64,000 nucleotides of DNA from Pseudovirgaria hyperparasitica. Its lineage: Eukaryota. The stretch is taken from the NCBI GenBank assembly GCA_010093815.1, contig ML996569.1. The stretch is one strand, 5' to 3'. This document shows positions 39,076 to 51,168 of the stretch, piece by piece. The position numbers and the translations under genes are program-made. The first letter of the stretch is position 1, and each line of letters begins with the position of its first letter. The notes under the pieces were generated by a model. That model saw only the letters and a program-made list of their open reading frames with translations, made no database searches and was not told the DNA's origin.

Positions 39076-40764
39076 ATGTTGTGCAACAGTCGCTACTTTC
39101 TGCTCATCGCCGCAGCATTAGCTGGTCGTCTAGCTGTAGCTTCGCCAGTTCCTGAACCTACTGCTGTACCAAATCCAGTGGCCGTGCCAGAGCCAGCAAT
39201 TACTCCAGCAGACTTCAATCCTCGTATTTATGGACAATATGGAGCGCGATATGGGAAGGCTTACCGTCGAAATATCATCAGTGATGCAGCAGGGTTCTTC
39301 ACGGATATAGAGTCTGCTCTTGGAAACATTCCATCATATGTCATTTCAGGTGTGTCGCTCTCGCAGTATCCACAACGCGGTCTAATTGTGTTCCTACTAG
39401 GCATTCCAGAGTTCTTCCAGAATTTCCCGACTGGAGATGCCGTGCTCAGCTCACTGGGAATCGATGAGAGCCAGCTCGACGCGTATCCTACAGAGGTCCT
39501 GAACATACCTCCCTATGCCAATTGGACAGATCAGGGCTGGAATGTTCGTTTCCACGGAAATGTATACAAGCAGCCCAACATATCGCAAGAGAAGCTTGAT
39601 GACTTGGCTAATGTCTTTCTGATTGGGACGGACATCTCCGATCTGCCAGACGAGCAGAAGGCCAACGCAAGAAACTTGACAGCGTCAATCTTCATTGTCC
39701 AGCAAAGCGACCAGAATGTCTCTTTCTATCTCGAGCCTGCGCCGAGCGCTGGTGGAGACGGCGAGCCCGGTGGCGGCGGTGCTGTCACGCCTGGTGGGGG
39801 ATCCCAGAATGTTTCATTCCCATATGAGACCACGGCCCAAGGCGATTTCGACTCTTTCGTGGTGATTCAGAACGTTTCTGGGAGCGGTCTTATGGGTGGC
39901 AACGAGACGGAACAGATTCAACGTCTAAATGTTTACACCGACGGCACCTTGTCAGGAAACGCTACTGCGTATCTCGTTCCGCCGACGGGTCTAACCTTCA
40001 TCAGTGACATCGATGATATCCTTCGTGTTACTAAAATCTACGACCCAAAGGAAGGATTGCTCAATTCCTTTGCACGTGACTTTACGCCTTGGATGAATAT
40101 GCCTTCGATCTATGCTAACTGGTCAGAAAGCATACCGAATGGTCATTTCCACTATTTAACCACAACTCCAGTGAGTATCTCCATAACAACAGAAGAGTAA
40201 TCTCTTACTCGTTTATAGGAACAAGCGACGCGTAACTATATGGACTTCATCTACAAGACCTACCCTGGGGGTAGCTTTGACACGCGCCCCCTCAACTTCT
40301 CAGACGTGAGCGCCACCTTGTCTATACGCAAGTTCCTCTTAGATAAGGTCTTTGCCACTTTCCCCGAACGAAAGTTCGTCCTAGTCGCCGACACGTCAAA
40401 TAGCGACGTGATGAAAGCGTACCCTGAATTGGCCCACAGTCATCCGAATCAAGTGCAATGTATCTTCCTGCGCAACACATCATCAACGGACGACTCGGAC
40501 AAGTTCCCCTACGACACCTCCGGATTCGAAGGACTGAATCAACAGATGTACATGTTCTTCAACGTTCCAGATGACTTGTCGAATCTTGATATCGAGAACG
40601 GCCAGTGCTACAATGCAAGCATAGCACAGAACGTCACTTTCGGCTATCAAGACGAAGCGCTAGGTATTCATGGCGATGACGATGGTGCAGCAGGTCGTGT
40701 CGGTAGTAGTGCGACGTTTAGTCTTGTGGCTGCACTGGCCGTGGCATCTTGGCTACTTATTTAG
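39076..40764 (+). CDS. App1-like phosphatidate phosphatase domain protein with signal peptide and hydrophobic (GPI-like) C-terminus
   Basis: ISDIDDILR HAD-like motif, FHYLTTTP, FPERKFVLVADTS..D...Y, CIFLRN; introns ~39350-39400 and ~40171-40218. Confidence 0.8.
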
Positions 40765-42355
40765 ATATATGTTTAGATATATAAGCAATAATAAATCATC
40801 TCGGACGCTTGACTACATGTGCGTTACGCCTCTAATTATTCCAATTTGCGAACGTCTGCGCAAGCCTCCACGCACAACGTCTGGTCACGTCGGCTGCATG
40901 CAAATGGCGAACGGTGAACATGCGTCCCATGAACTTGCGTAATTATGCCAACGAAGCCTCCTAATGTCCGACGGACCCAAACATCGGAAATACAAAGACA
41001 TCCCAACCGTTTAGCCACGTCCCAAATCCCAACGTCCTGGATGTTGAAGAACTCGCTCATCTATAAATCTACAGGTGCCCAAATGCCTATCCGGCATCGC
41101 CCTTCCGGCAACACCATTTTCTCCCAAGACCTCACCTACCTTGTACATCACAGAAACAAAAACAATGCGGGACTGTGACCGGTAGCTCGTCAAAAATATC
41201 GTCGTTGCGTCGATTCATGCATGAAGTGCTCAACATATCTAGCTCGAGATCTCATGAGGCTTGAGATCGACCTATCGCTCGTAGAGTAATGCTTTAGCTT
41301 TGACTCAAGAGGAGTGCTGATTCTCTGGTTTCGTCTTCACATATGAGCATAGTATACCCAAGCTCCGTCCATATCTAGTATAGCAGACGAAATTCGCAGT
41401 ATATTGATGCTCATACCACTGTCGTGACTGGCTAGATCTATTGGCTCTGCCAGACATACAACCCCTTCGTTCTCATGGCAAAGCCTGTGCTATTTCAGTC
41501 GTGTTCGAGCAGAAAGATCCGCTGTGGTATCAGTTAGTTGCTGAAAGAATGGCTTGTTTGAGATGTTATAGAGGATCTTGATGGCTTTTGCTACTGTTTT
41601 GTTTGAGTCTGGGTGGTAGCTAAGTGAGCGTATGGAGGAATGGAGAGGGCTCAGGTGAAGGTTATGAAGACAGGATCATGCAGATTTTTGCGGTTGAGCT
41701 TATCATAATCGGTTGTTGACGGAGTAAGATGTTACAAGATCTGGACTGCCGGCGTACGTGACTCAGAGAACTCTATGAAGGATTAGACTAGAATATATGA
41801 TTGGGAGGTCAAGGAGGTAGCCCGTTTGATGGTGTACCGTATACAAGGTATGGAGCTACGTCTCAGATATCAAGCATGGTCACCTTGAGAACATAGTCTT
41901 TAGTAGCTCATTCCTAGCATATCACTAGCATATCATCACAGAAATGGCACAAAAGGTAAGTCTCTGCTCGTTGAGGAAAAGCACAGTGAGTTGCGATTTG
42001 AACATGGGCAGGACAGTGCTTCACATTCATTGCAAGCATAGCAGATATCATATTACGTGCAATGCTTCATTTGTGATATAGAACCATTCTAATTTCCATA
42101 AGTTGCCATAAGGGGGGAAGTCTTCCAATTTTGATGCCTACGCTTCTTTTCCGCTCATCTGCTTGACTCCTTGTTCAATTTGTATTGAAGATGACTGCAT
42201 GACTAAATTTGCTAGTCTGCAAGGCAAGGTGAGTTATCCGCATTTTGCTTCTTCTTCCCTTTTTCCCGGCAATAGAGAGTATCTTCAGTGAAGGTATTGG
42301 TATTGTTTTGCAACCGGCATCGACTATTTTCAAGGATATGAGTGTCCCACTCCTC

Positions 42356-43294
42356 TCACGAAATGTGATCGATCTTGGCCAGTTTGATCCTGTCATGCAA
42401 TAGCGATATGGCAGACTTTCCATTGTCCTTTATGGGTCTGTCTGACTCTATATCGGACGTCATCTCTTTCTGGTCGGTTATTTCTCCCTTTCGATTGTAC
42501 TGTTCCGCCAGATAGTCTGCAAGTGCCGGATCAAAGCTTTCGAGCATTTTGAGATTGAAGCGTTGCCAATTATAACATTTTGCAGATGTTACCAGCCGGA
42601 ATTCATCGTCAAGGCTCTCAGTAGAGTTGGGGGAGGAGTTGGGGGAGGAGTTGGCGATTCTGACTGTAACGCGCTTTGATAACAAGCCCGTGAGCTCGTA
42701 CAGCCCCAGCTGTGGGCATTTCTTGCCGTCGATACGAGGATCGTTGAACATTGCCTTTTTTGCTTCGATGTGGCAGTCTGTAACGAACCTATCTTTATGC
42801 AGGTAGAGCCCAATAGTGAGGGATTGCAGGGATGGCATGTAAGGAATGATGCTGCTCACTTCCTCCAGTCTCAACCCTGGGACCCTGAGCCATAACTTGA
42901 GGTTCTTAATGTTGGCCAGCGATTCGAACCTATTGCTTTTGGTGCTGCGGGCTTTCCATCTAGGGAGGCTGATGCGCCTAAGGGTCAAATCTGTAAAGGC
43001 AAACAGATTCTTCTGAAGAATTGGTAGAGCTTCCGAGTAGACTTCCCGACTGACAAGGAGGATCGCTATTTCAAAGTGATGTTCGTTGTTTACATCTACC
43101 TTGAGTGAATCTTGTTCCAACGACTTTCTTGGCTTGAAGTGATCTTTTAGAAAGACCGCGTCTTTGCTTGGTAACAAAAGGTATTCATATATCTCGTACT
43201 TTAGCTCCAACGCGAGCTTCTGAAAATTGAATGTTTTCTGTGCGGGACGAGTTGCTGACACCATAAGAGGGGCCGGTGGCTTCAACGCCGTCAT
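42356..43294 (-). CDS. Hypothetical protein with an F-box-like N-terminal segment
   Basis: FNFQKLALELKYEIYEYLL and AILLVSREVYSEALPIL, a pattern common in fungal F-box-like orphan proteins; 312-aa ORF. Confidence 0.6.
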   Translation of the reverse strand: MTALKPPAPLMVSATRPAQKTFNFQKLALELKYEIYEYLLLPSKDAVFLKDHFKPRKSLEQDSLKVDVNNEHHFEIAILLVSREVYSEALPILQKNLFAFTDLTLRRISLPRWKARSTKSNRFESLANIKNLKLWLRVPGLRLEEVSSIIPYMPSLQSLTIGLYLHKDRFVTDCHIEAKKAMFNDPRIDGKKCPQLGLYELTGLLSKRVTVRIANSSPNSSPNSTESLDDEFRLVTSAKCYNWQRFNLKMLESFDPALADYLAEQYNRKGEITDQKEMTSDIESDRPIKDNGKSAISLLHDRIKLAKIDHIS

Positions 43295-44687
43295 GGTCAG
43301 GCAGGTATGAGCTCGTAGCCAGTGTGGCGAGGGAGAAATTCAAGATGGGATGCAGCGATACGAAGTCTTTCGAGAAAACTCGACTCTACAAATGCTATCT
43401 AGCTATGAAAGCAAAATAGCACCTGCGTGTTCCAAGCGAGGCGGAGCTAGGCCTATCGCGAGAATTTATTTCGTTATAAATTCCATTAGAATAGCATTGA
43501 GACACCTATTCGTACGGACACTTTGTAAGTAAAGTGGGCTAAATGTGAACACATCTCTACGTTCACCATTGGGTGTGTACTTGTAGTAGCCGAATCAGGT
43601 ACACACATGGCACAGTATGATATCCAGTGATTGATGTAACCGATCTGTGCCCAGTAGCTAGAACTACAACACTATTGGCCTTTTCATGTATGGGATCTGA
43701 AACCGTCCCAAGAGCCACCAAGCTGTGCATGGCAGGGAATTCTTCACTGTGCCCTCGGGTTTGTTCAAGCATGTCGGTAAAATTGATTGTCGAGTATGAC
43801 AAATACATTGGCCTCGTCCATATTGGTAGCTTCATATATCGTTCGTTTTGGTAGAGGATAAGGCGTGAGCTGCACTAAGCAGTGTAAGCTCCATTACCAT
43901 CCGAAATTTGTAGAATGTGATAGCTCCGAGATCTGACCTTATTCCACACCTCGAGTTGACTTTGAGATCCCTATGCTTCTTTAAGTAAGCTGCTATTTTA
44001 ACTTTACTCTAAGGTAGGCTGAAAGCTAGGAATCTAACTTACATATCCTATACGGTATTTGGCTCCGAGGGTAGCAAGTGAAGGTCGCGGTCTAGCGTGT
44101 TGTCCGATTTGGTAATTTCGATGGTAAGTGGAGCTTGCAGATTGTCAAGCGTCCAATTGTGTTCACTGCTCCTTTGTTGACTGCGCCCTTGGAAGGGTCC
44201 AGCCTCATTTTCTCGGGTACAGGTATTTGGGTAGAGCACTATGTCTGTGACCCAAAGTCTCAAGTCAGCAGTTCGCAAATGAGGGCGCCATACCTAAACA
44301 GATATTCTGTACGACGTTTTAAGGTCACTTTCATCCCCTTACCGGAAATAGTTTACCGCGTCTGATAGTTTGAGGTAACCAAGTAGATGACTTCCCCTGG
44401 TCTAGCAGAAAGCAGCCATGACTTACCTAGGCGCGAATTGGAGGGCCTGTATGCCGTTTTCTGTCATAACGCAGTAGCAATCATATACACGATTTTTTTT
44501 TTACAATTCATACGACGTCTGGAAGTTACTAAGGGACAAATAAGGTAGAAAGGCGTATGTAATGCTTTGAGTAGATCTCTACACAGAACAGGTAGACTTA
44601 ATAGGCAAGAAAAAGCATTGAAGGATCTAGAATTCCTGAAGTCTCATCACCACTTGTATTGTGTTTCAAACGTCCTTCCCTGACCCT

Positions 44688-46235
44688 TTACAACGTATAC
44701 CGGAAACCTATATTCTCCAACTCCGTCTTATCCTGCATCCCCATCTCCATGCCCAACTTCTCCACCTCCTCCCTCGTCATACCCTTTTCCTCCGCCTCTC
44801 TATCCCTCGCCTTATTACTCCGCCACATATACACATACAGCACAATCACGCACAGCAACTTGACCACATACCCAACCAACATCGCAATATACGCCGAGTG
44901 ATACCCCGGTTTCTCACTACTGCGAAACGTCTGCGGCCCAATGATATTCCCGACACAGTACCCGACAAACAACGTGCCCGCCGTAATCTGCTTCTTCGTC
45001 GACCCGGCCACATTACTACTCACCATCGTCAAACTCATACTAAACCCCAACCCCTGAAAATAGCACAACCAGACCGCCACAAGCCTGCCCCATTTGTTGC
45101 CATCTGGCAGTCCTACAAGTAACCCAGCACCCAGGATACAAATCGAGTTCGCCACCACCATAGCCACACACCGCGTATTCGGGAAGTGTGAACACACGAC
45201 CCCGCCCACAATCAGACTCAAAAACTGCACCACGCCGCCCGGAATCTGCAGATACTGCGTGCCCAGCGTGTCGAAGCCGAAGCTACCAATGATAATGGAC
45301 GTGAAGCTCGTCAGCGCCGCATTCGGCACCTGTGCGCCCACCGCCATGACGAAGAGTAGCCACGTCTTCGGGTCGGCGAACGTCGCGAGTGCCTGCTCGC
45401 GCTTGAACACGCTATTCTTGACGCCCTGGCGATTGCCCGCGACGCGAGCGACCGCGATGCTGCGCTCTGCGGGCGTGAGATGTGGGGCGCGCGACGGCAG
45501 ATCGGGGAGGAAGAGCAAGGTTGCAACACCCTGAGTGACGGACAGGGCGCCGAAGATGAGGAAGATGTAGGACCAGCGCGGGAGGCCGGTGGAGATGTGG
45601 CCGACGGCGTAGCCGATGAGGCCGCCGAACATTGTCGCGATGCCGTTTGTGCAGTAGTAAGTTTCGAGGCGGAGGGGTTGCTCGGCGGCGGTGTACCACA
45701 TGCTCATGATGAGGACGAAGCCTGGGTTGACGGCGGCTTCGAGGGCGCCGAGGAGGAAGCGGTTTGTGGCGATGCCGGCGAAGGAGGTGCATGCGGGGGT
45801 GGTGATGAGGATGATGCCCCAGCCCAGGGTTGTGGCGCCGAGGAATTTGGCGATGGGCAGGCGTTGGAGGGCGTAGCCGGAGGGGTATTGGGCGAAGAGG
45901 TAGCCGAAGTAGAAGATGGAGGAGAGCCAGGAGAAGTCTTGGCCTTTGAGATGGAGGTCTGTTTGGAGGTTGTAGGCGGATGCATAGTTGATGCCGTTTT
46001 TGTCGAGGTATTGGAGGAGGTAGGTGAAGACGAGGATGGGCAGGATACGGCGATCGATTTTGCGGAGGACGCGTTTGGATTCGGTTGCGGAGATGTCTTC
46101 GGGAGCGGAGGAGCGGTAGACTTGGTAGCTCTCGTCGATGTTGGGGTTGGAAGAGGTGGATGATGAGGAGGTGATAGGAGTGTCGCGCTCGTGTGGGCTG
46201 GACGGGCTGGCGGATTTCTCATTGATGGCGGCCAT
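44688..46235 (-). CDS. MFS anion:cation symporter, allantoate permease (Dal5)-like, intronless
   Basis: KIDRRILP, YLLQYLDK, SWLSSIFYFGYL, RFLLGALEA, MWYT..EQPLR, SNVAGSTKK, GNIIGPQTF, FRYTL. Confidence 0.93.
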   Translation of the reverse strand: MAAINEKSASPSSPHERDTPITSSSSTSSNPNIDESYQVYRSSAPEDISATESKRVLRKIDRRILPILVFTYLLQYLDKNGINYASAYNLQTDLHLKGQDFSWLSSIFYFGYLFAQYPSGYALQRLPIAKFLGATTLGWGIILITTPACTSFAGIATNRFLLGALEAAVNPGFVLIMSMWYTAAEQPLRLETYYCTNGIATMFGGLIGYAVGHISTGLPRWSYIFLIFGALSVTQGVATLLFLPDLPSRAPHLTPAERSIAVARVAGNRQGVKNSVFKREQALATFADPKTWLLFVMAVGAQVPNAALTSFTSIIIGSFGFDTLGTQYLQIPGGVVQFLSLIVGGVVCSHFPNTRCVAMVVANSICILGAGLLVGLPDGNKWGRLVAVWLCYFQGLGFSMSLTMVSSNVAGSTKKQITAGTLFVGYCVGNIIGPQTFRSSEKPGYHSAYIAMLVGYVVKLLCVIVLYVYMWRSNKARDREAEEKGMTREEVEKLGMEMGMQDKTELENIGFRYTL

Positions 46236-46830
46236 GATAAAGAGGGAGGAGAGGATAGGAACGTGGTTGCTATAGAGCAATATAGTATGTTGTCGAACTA
46301 CCGACCGATGGACTGTAACGCAGCTCCGGAATTGGTATCAAGCAGCTGTGGACATGCTTCGGTAACACTAGAACACATAGAAAGGAAGCTAATCACCAGA
46401 AGAACAAGCATCGAATCGGAGAATACAAGCATGACCCAAGACTCTTATGGCCGTCTAGGCAGAACTGATATCAAGCCCGGTAGTGCGTTTCCGATAACCA
46501 GGTACGACGACGCAGATTGCGCACACCAGACTAACTGCTCGAGGAAACGTGGAACCTTCGGCCGATGTACTTTGATACTCAAAAACGTGGTATGGCGTCG
46601 AAAAGAAATGTGAGTGGATGGAGATGAATGATAACAGGACTTCTTGCATGGGAAGTTGTGTTTGCCATGCAGCCCCTCCATCACACCATCCACTAGTGAA
46701 CTGACGAACCATAATCCCTGACGATCCCTGAGAACAAGCATCTGTAAGAAGTTGTTTATCCACCATGACTGGTGATATATTGCATGTGAGGAAAGATATA
46801 TACGAGATATACCAGACTATAAACACAATC

Positions 46831-48157
46831 TCAATCATCTATAAACCTCTTCATATACCGCTGCAACTCGTCAAGATCTAGTGCTTCGACCCTATGTCCT
46901 GCGGTTCTCATTAGTGAGTGCATCTTTGCACTTGTGAAGAAGAGGACATACCATCAAGCCCGACCATCGTCTCCGCACCGGTCAATACGTTATAGATTGA
47001 CTCTTCCGTAACGTCTGCGGCTGCCTCAAAGAGGGCGTTGATGGTCTCGTCATTCAAGATGTCGAGACGTAGAGCTGACGGCTTGAATGGGTCAACATGC
47101 CGATGACGAGCACCCACGCCTTGGACTGGAATCTCGTTGCCTGTAGAGAATGCGAGGAAGATGTCGCCAGAAGGGTTGTGGCCGACGCCGCCGACGCGTG
47201 CCAGGCCGACTGAGATCTCGTCAGTATTTCTTCCATCTGATACTCTAAAGGCTGGGGAAACACACCTGTTGCTCGTTTTGCAAGCCTCTGAAGCTGTGTT
47301 GGAGACAGCGGAGCGTCCGTCGCAAGGATGACAATAATACTGCCATCCTTGCGGTCCTTCTCATTCTCAAGAGCCGCTTTGGCGTCGGCAAGTTTCTTGT
47401 CCTCTGCAGCTCTCGCATTTAGAATCTTCTCAAAGTGAATTCCAACATGCGCGCCTGAGATACGGAGTTGATGGAGTCGACCATAATTTGCCTGAACGAG
47501 TGCTGCGACAGTGTATTTCTTATCAACACCATCAACTTCGCCTACCACGATGCGACTGCTGCTTCCAGTACCTCCTTTGTGCCCATGGCAAAGCATACCA
47601 GTGCCGCCACCAGTATTACCTTCAGGGACCCGATCTGCGGAGGCTCTCTCGATCCCACGCACAATGTGTTCCGGCTTGACGGCGAACTGCGTCAGGTCAT
47701 TCATGAAGCCATCGAACGTCTCCGCGACAACAGGACACATGAACCAATCCACACGTCCATCCTTGTCGCAATACTCCCTGATCGCATACTCATACACACC
47801 CTGATACGCGTTACCTACAGCGAACGAATTGGTAATGATGATGGGGCAATGAAGCAGACCCGTCTCGTCGATCCAGTGGCTTCCGGTCATCTCGCCAGAG
47901 CCGTTGAAGCGGAAGATGCCGGCGTAGCATGCTTTGTGGAAGAAGTCTTTGCGGGGGAGGATGGTTGTGACGCCGGTGTTGACGGCGCCTTTGGTGGTTG
48001 TTTGCGGTGATATGATGGATTCGGTGTGGACGAGGACGCCTGGGACGTCGGTTATGGAATTGAGAGGGCCGGGTGTGTAGCGGCCGATGTAGAGGTTTGG
48101 GAGAATATCGCGTATGCGGGCTCGTCCATTTGCGGGTCTTGACGGAAGGGTAGTCAT
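46831..48157 (-). CDS. Peptidase family S58 / DmpA-like (L-aminopeptidase/D-Ala-esterase, beta-peptidyl aminopeptidase), 3 exons
   Basis: [59 protein letters not shown], autocleavage site [24 protein letters not shown]. Confidence 0.92.
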
Positions 48158-49341
48158 GGTGTTTGTCGATGTTGAGGCTGGAAGAAAGGTCCTGAATGAT
48201 CGTTCTAAGATCCCCAGGATGGCCTGGAGGATTTGAATGGTCAGATAGTGTGTGCTCGTACGCTTGATATATTAAAGAACTTGTTTATCGTAGGTATGAC
48301 AGCTAGACTAGACCAGGACACCGCAAATGTAACATCGTTCTACATCTACAAGGACGGTTGTTCAGATCCCACCATGAATGTAGATAAATAACAGGATCAA
48401 GCAGCCACTAGGGAGGGTTTACCTCACCTAAAATCTTGTGTCCAGTTACTAGGCTTGCAAGTACAATAGTCTGGCTTGGATGGACCAGGCAAGACGTGTC
48501 GCCGAGAGGAATCAGAATGAAACGGACTTGCTTGTCTGCCTGCGGTCAAGTATCGTACCCTAACGCCTCTATGTTCCTCCTTGGTCTTAGCCTCTTAGGA
48601 GAATTGTGACTTTATGGAGGCCTGTCGTTTTATGGTAATTGATGACCGTTGGTTGCATATTGCTGGCGATTCCGAGGAGAATAATGTATAGAAACTGCGG
48701 GGGGCCGTCTAGCCAAAGGCGCTGCTTACTTATACATCAGCTAGTATATAAATACGCAAACAATTGAGGAATGAGCCCTCTATCAGGACTCAGAAGGGTC
48801 ATGAGAATCAAAGATGAAGTAGATATCTATGATGGAGACTTTGAGAGAACTACATCGATCAGAAATTCAATAAAGTGTGCACAGGAATAGAACAGTTGGT
48901 TAAACATTGGTCCTGCCCGGCATTTAGCATCTTTAGGACTGATCGTCTGCCGTACTTTGCACTAGTCTTATTCAGGATTAGTGACTTCGGAGACCTCCCC
49001 GAGGATACACTTGCTGCCTTACAGCCTTGCTCTCAGGCATCAAACGACTTTTCCCTGCAGCGGCCACTACGACACTCGTGGACGTTGCATGCCTACGTGA
49101 TAAAAGGGATATACTTCTACTACGCCATATATCCGCCTCGCGGACGACTATAGATCTGTCGCTCCTCGACAATGTATGCCTCAGCATGTCAGTGCGAGCA
49201 TGGCCGTCTTTGTACCCTCCCATCAGGAGTGACTTAACCATGATATCATCGTCCGACGAGCTCCAGATATTTCTGCCCAGGTGCTAGAAAGGCTGCAGTA
49301 ACATACAAAATCCTTAAGTACGGAGAACATCTTCCCTTTGA

Positions 49342-49363
49342 TCTCTCTCTCTCTCTCTCTCTC
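49342..49363. repeat. (TC)n microsatellite in the 5' leader of the SDR gene
   Basis: tctctctctctctctctctctc seen directly. Confidence 0.9.
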
Positions 49364-49483
49364 CAACAGTTTCGTCCTCGATTCGACGAACCTACGTCTT
49401 ACAGACCAAAGCCCGGTGCCAGAACCCACAAGCGAACACCCAAGACTCTGACCAAGCTACTCCGCACACTCATCGTCGCTAGA

Positions 49484-50514
49484 ATGCCAGACCAAAAGCC
49501 AATCACAGCCTACCCAAGCACAGAGTTGAAGACGCAGGACCAAGAGGGTGGTCCGGGCCTCGATTCAGAGCTCGATCCGTCTGCCAACTGGACGCAATTG
49601 GAATTCTTTGACGACGATGGGAAACCATATCTGAAAGAGTATGAGGGCCGTGGGCTGCTGAAGGACAAAGCTGTGCTGATCACGGGTGGAGACAGTGGCA
49701 TTGGCCGCGCTGTGGCTATCCTCATGGCAAGAGAAGGTGCTGATGTCTCTTTTGTGCATCTGCCCGAAGAAGAACAGGACGCCAATAAGACTGTGAAGCT
49801 AATTGAAAAGGCTGGTCGTAAGGCGAACCCTATGGCACTGGATCTAAGGGAGGAGCAGAACTGCAAGAAGGCTATTGATGAGCATATGAAGGCGTTTGGG
49901 AAGCTAAGCGTGCTGGTGAATAACAGTGAGAGATTTTGTCAATTATCGGCGCATCTAGAAACTGATGATGACCAGGCGCCATGCAAGAAATCTGCAACGA
50001 CTTCCGTGAGATCGACCTCGCCGTTGTCGAGAAGACGTACCGAACCAACGTCTTGTCGATGTTCGCAATGACAAAGTACGCTCTGCAAGTCATGAAGCGC
50101 GGCGCGTCAATCGTCAACAGCTCGTCCGTCGCGGCCTACATGGGTAATCCGCAGCTCGTCGACTACTCCTCAACCAAAGGCGCCATCACAACATTCACGC
50201 GATCCTTGGCACAACAGCAGGCTGCGAACGGCATCAGAGTCAACGCTGTCGCACCTGGCATCATGTGAGTTCTCCTTTCCGCCCATGGTCCGAATGGATA
50301 TTCATCACTACATAGCTGGACTCCGCTTCAACCAGCCACGAAGAACAACCCTCCAGATGCCATGAACGCTCTTGGTGTTGGCGAGTGTCCGCTTAACCGC
50401 CCGGGCATGCCGGTTGAAGTAGCCACCGCATATATCCTTCTTGCTTCGCCATTAGGTTCATATGCTACGGGTGAAACGCTGCACATCTCCGGCGGCATTG
50501 AGATGCAAGGCTGA
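49484..50514 (+). CDS. Short-chain dehydrogenase (YhdF/glucose-ribitol dehydrogenase-like), 3 exons
   Basis: LITGGDSGIGRAVA..AREGAD, LVNN, YSSTKGAI, GIRVNAVAPG. Confidence 0.93.
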
Positions 50515-51168
50515 GCGTTGGTCTTGTACAACTATTAGACGGCCGACGAGTATGGGTATAGAACGGAAGCGTGTCATAGCATAGCATATCATAGCGTCAG
50601 ACGGAACATGCACATTTCGGCGATTCTCTCGCCTGACCCTGACATCCCCCGCAAAGCGCAGACCAGGGCGATACTTGGCAATCCAATATCTGTTGATCAC
50701 TCGGCTATGCGACATTCCCATTGGCGCGAGTCCGCTCCGCAAATGCCAAGCCCCCGCCTTTTGAATTCCACGATGCATCCATCGTCTTCTTCGTGTTGCG
50801 GCTCGTGGGCCCCGTGTGGAGGCGGCGTCGTGCATTTTCCACCTTCTGCGTCTGTCATACATGCTACGTACCCGTTGGCTGGATGCTTGTCATCGTCAGC
50901 CATGACGTTCAATTGGCAGACTGAATGTGTGCAAGGGCCGTCAGGTGAGCAGTCTCGGCCGCTGTCTGTCATCTTCGTTGTTATTAGAGCATGTACTAGG
51001 TCTGTACCAATACTACGAATAAGCCTCATCTCCTAGTATATCCGGACGACCCGCTCGTGGAGCCGACTCTATCACCAGCACATATATCGGTCTGCCCTCC
51101 TCCAGAGTGGCATAACATATACCAGCACAGGCTTGGGACCCGCCCTCCAACAAACACTGACGCGTGCC

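Noticed and set aside
45094..46222. Several long overlapping or antisense ORFs in the MFS gene (similar cases in the trehalase, catalase and SDR genes)
   Set aside because: Shadow ORFs caused by high GC and strand skew in real coding sequence
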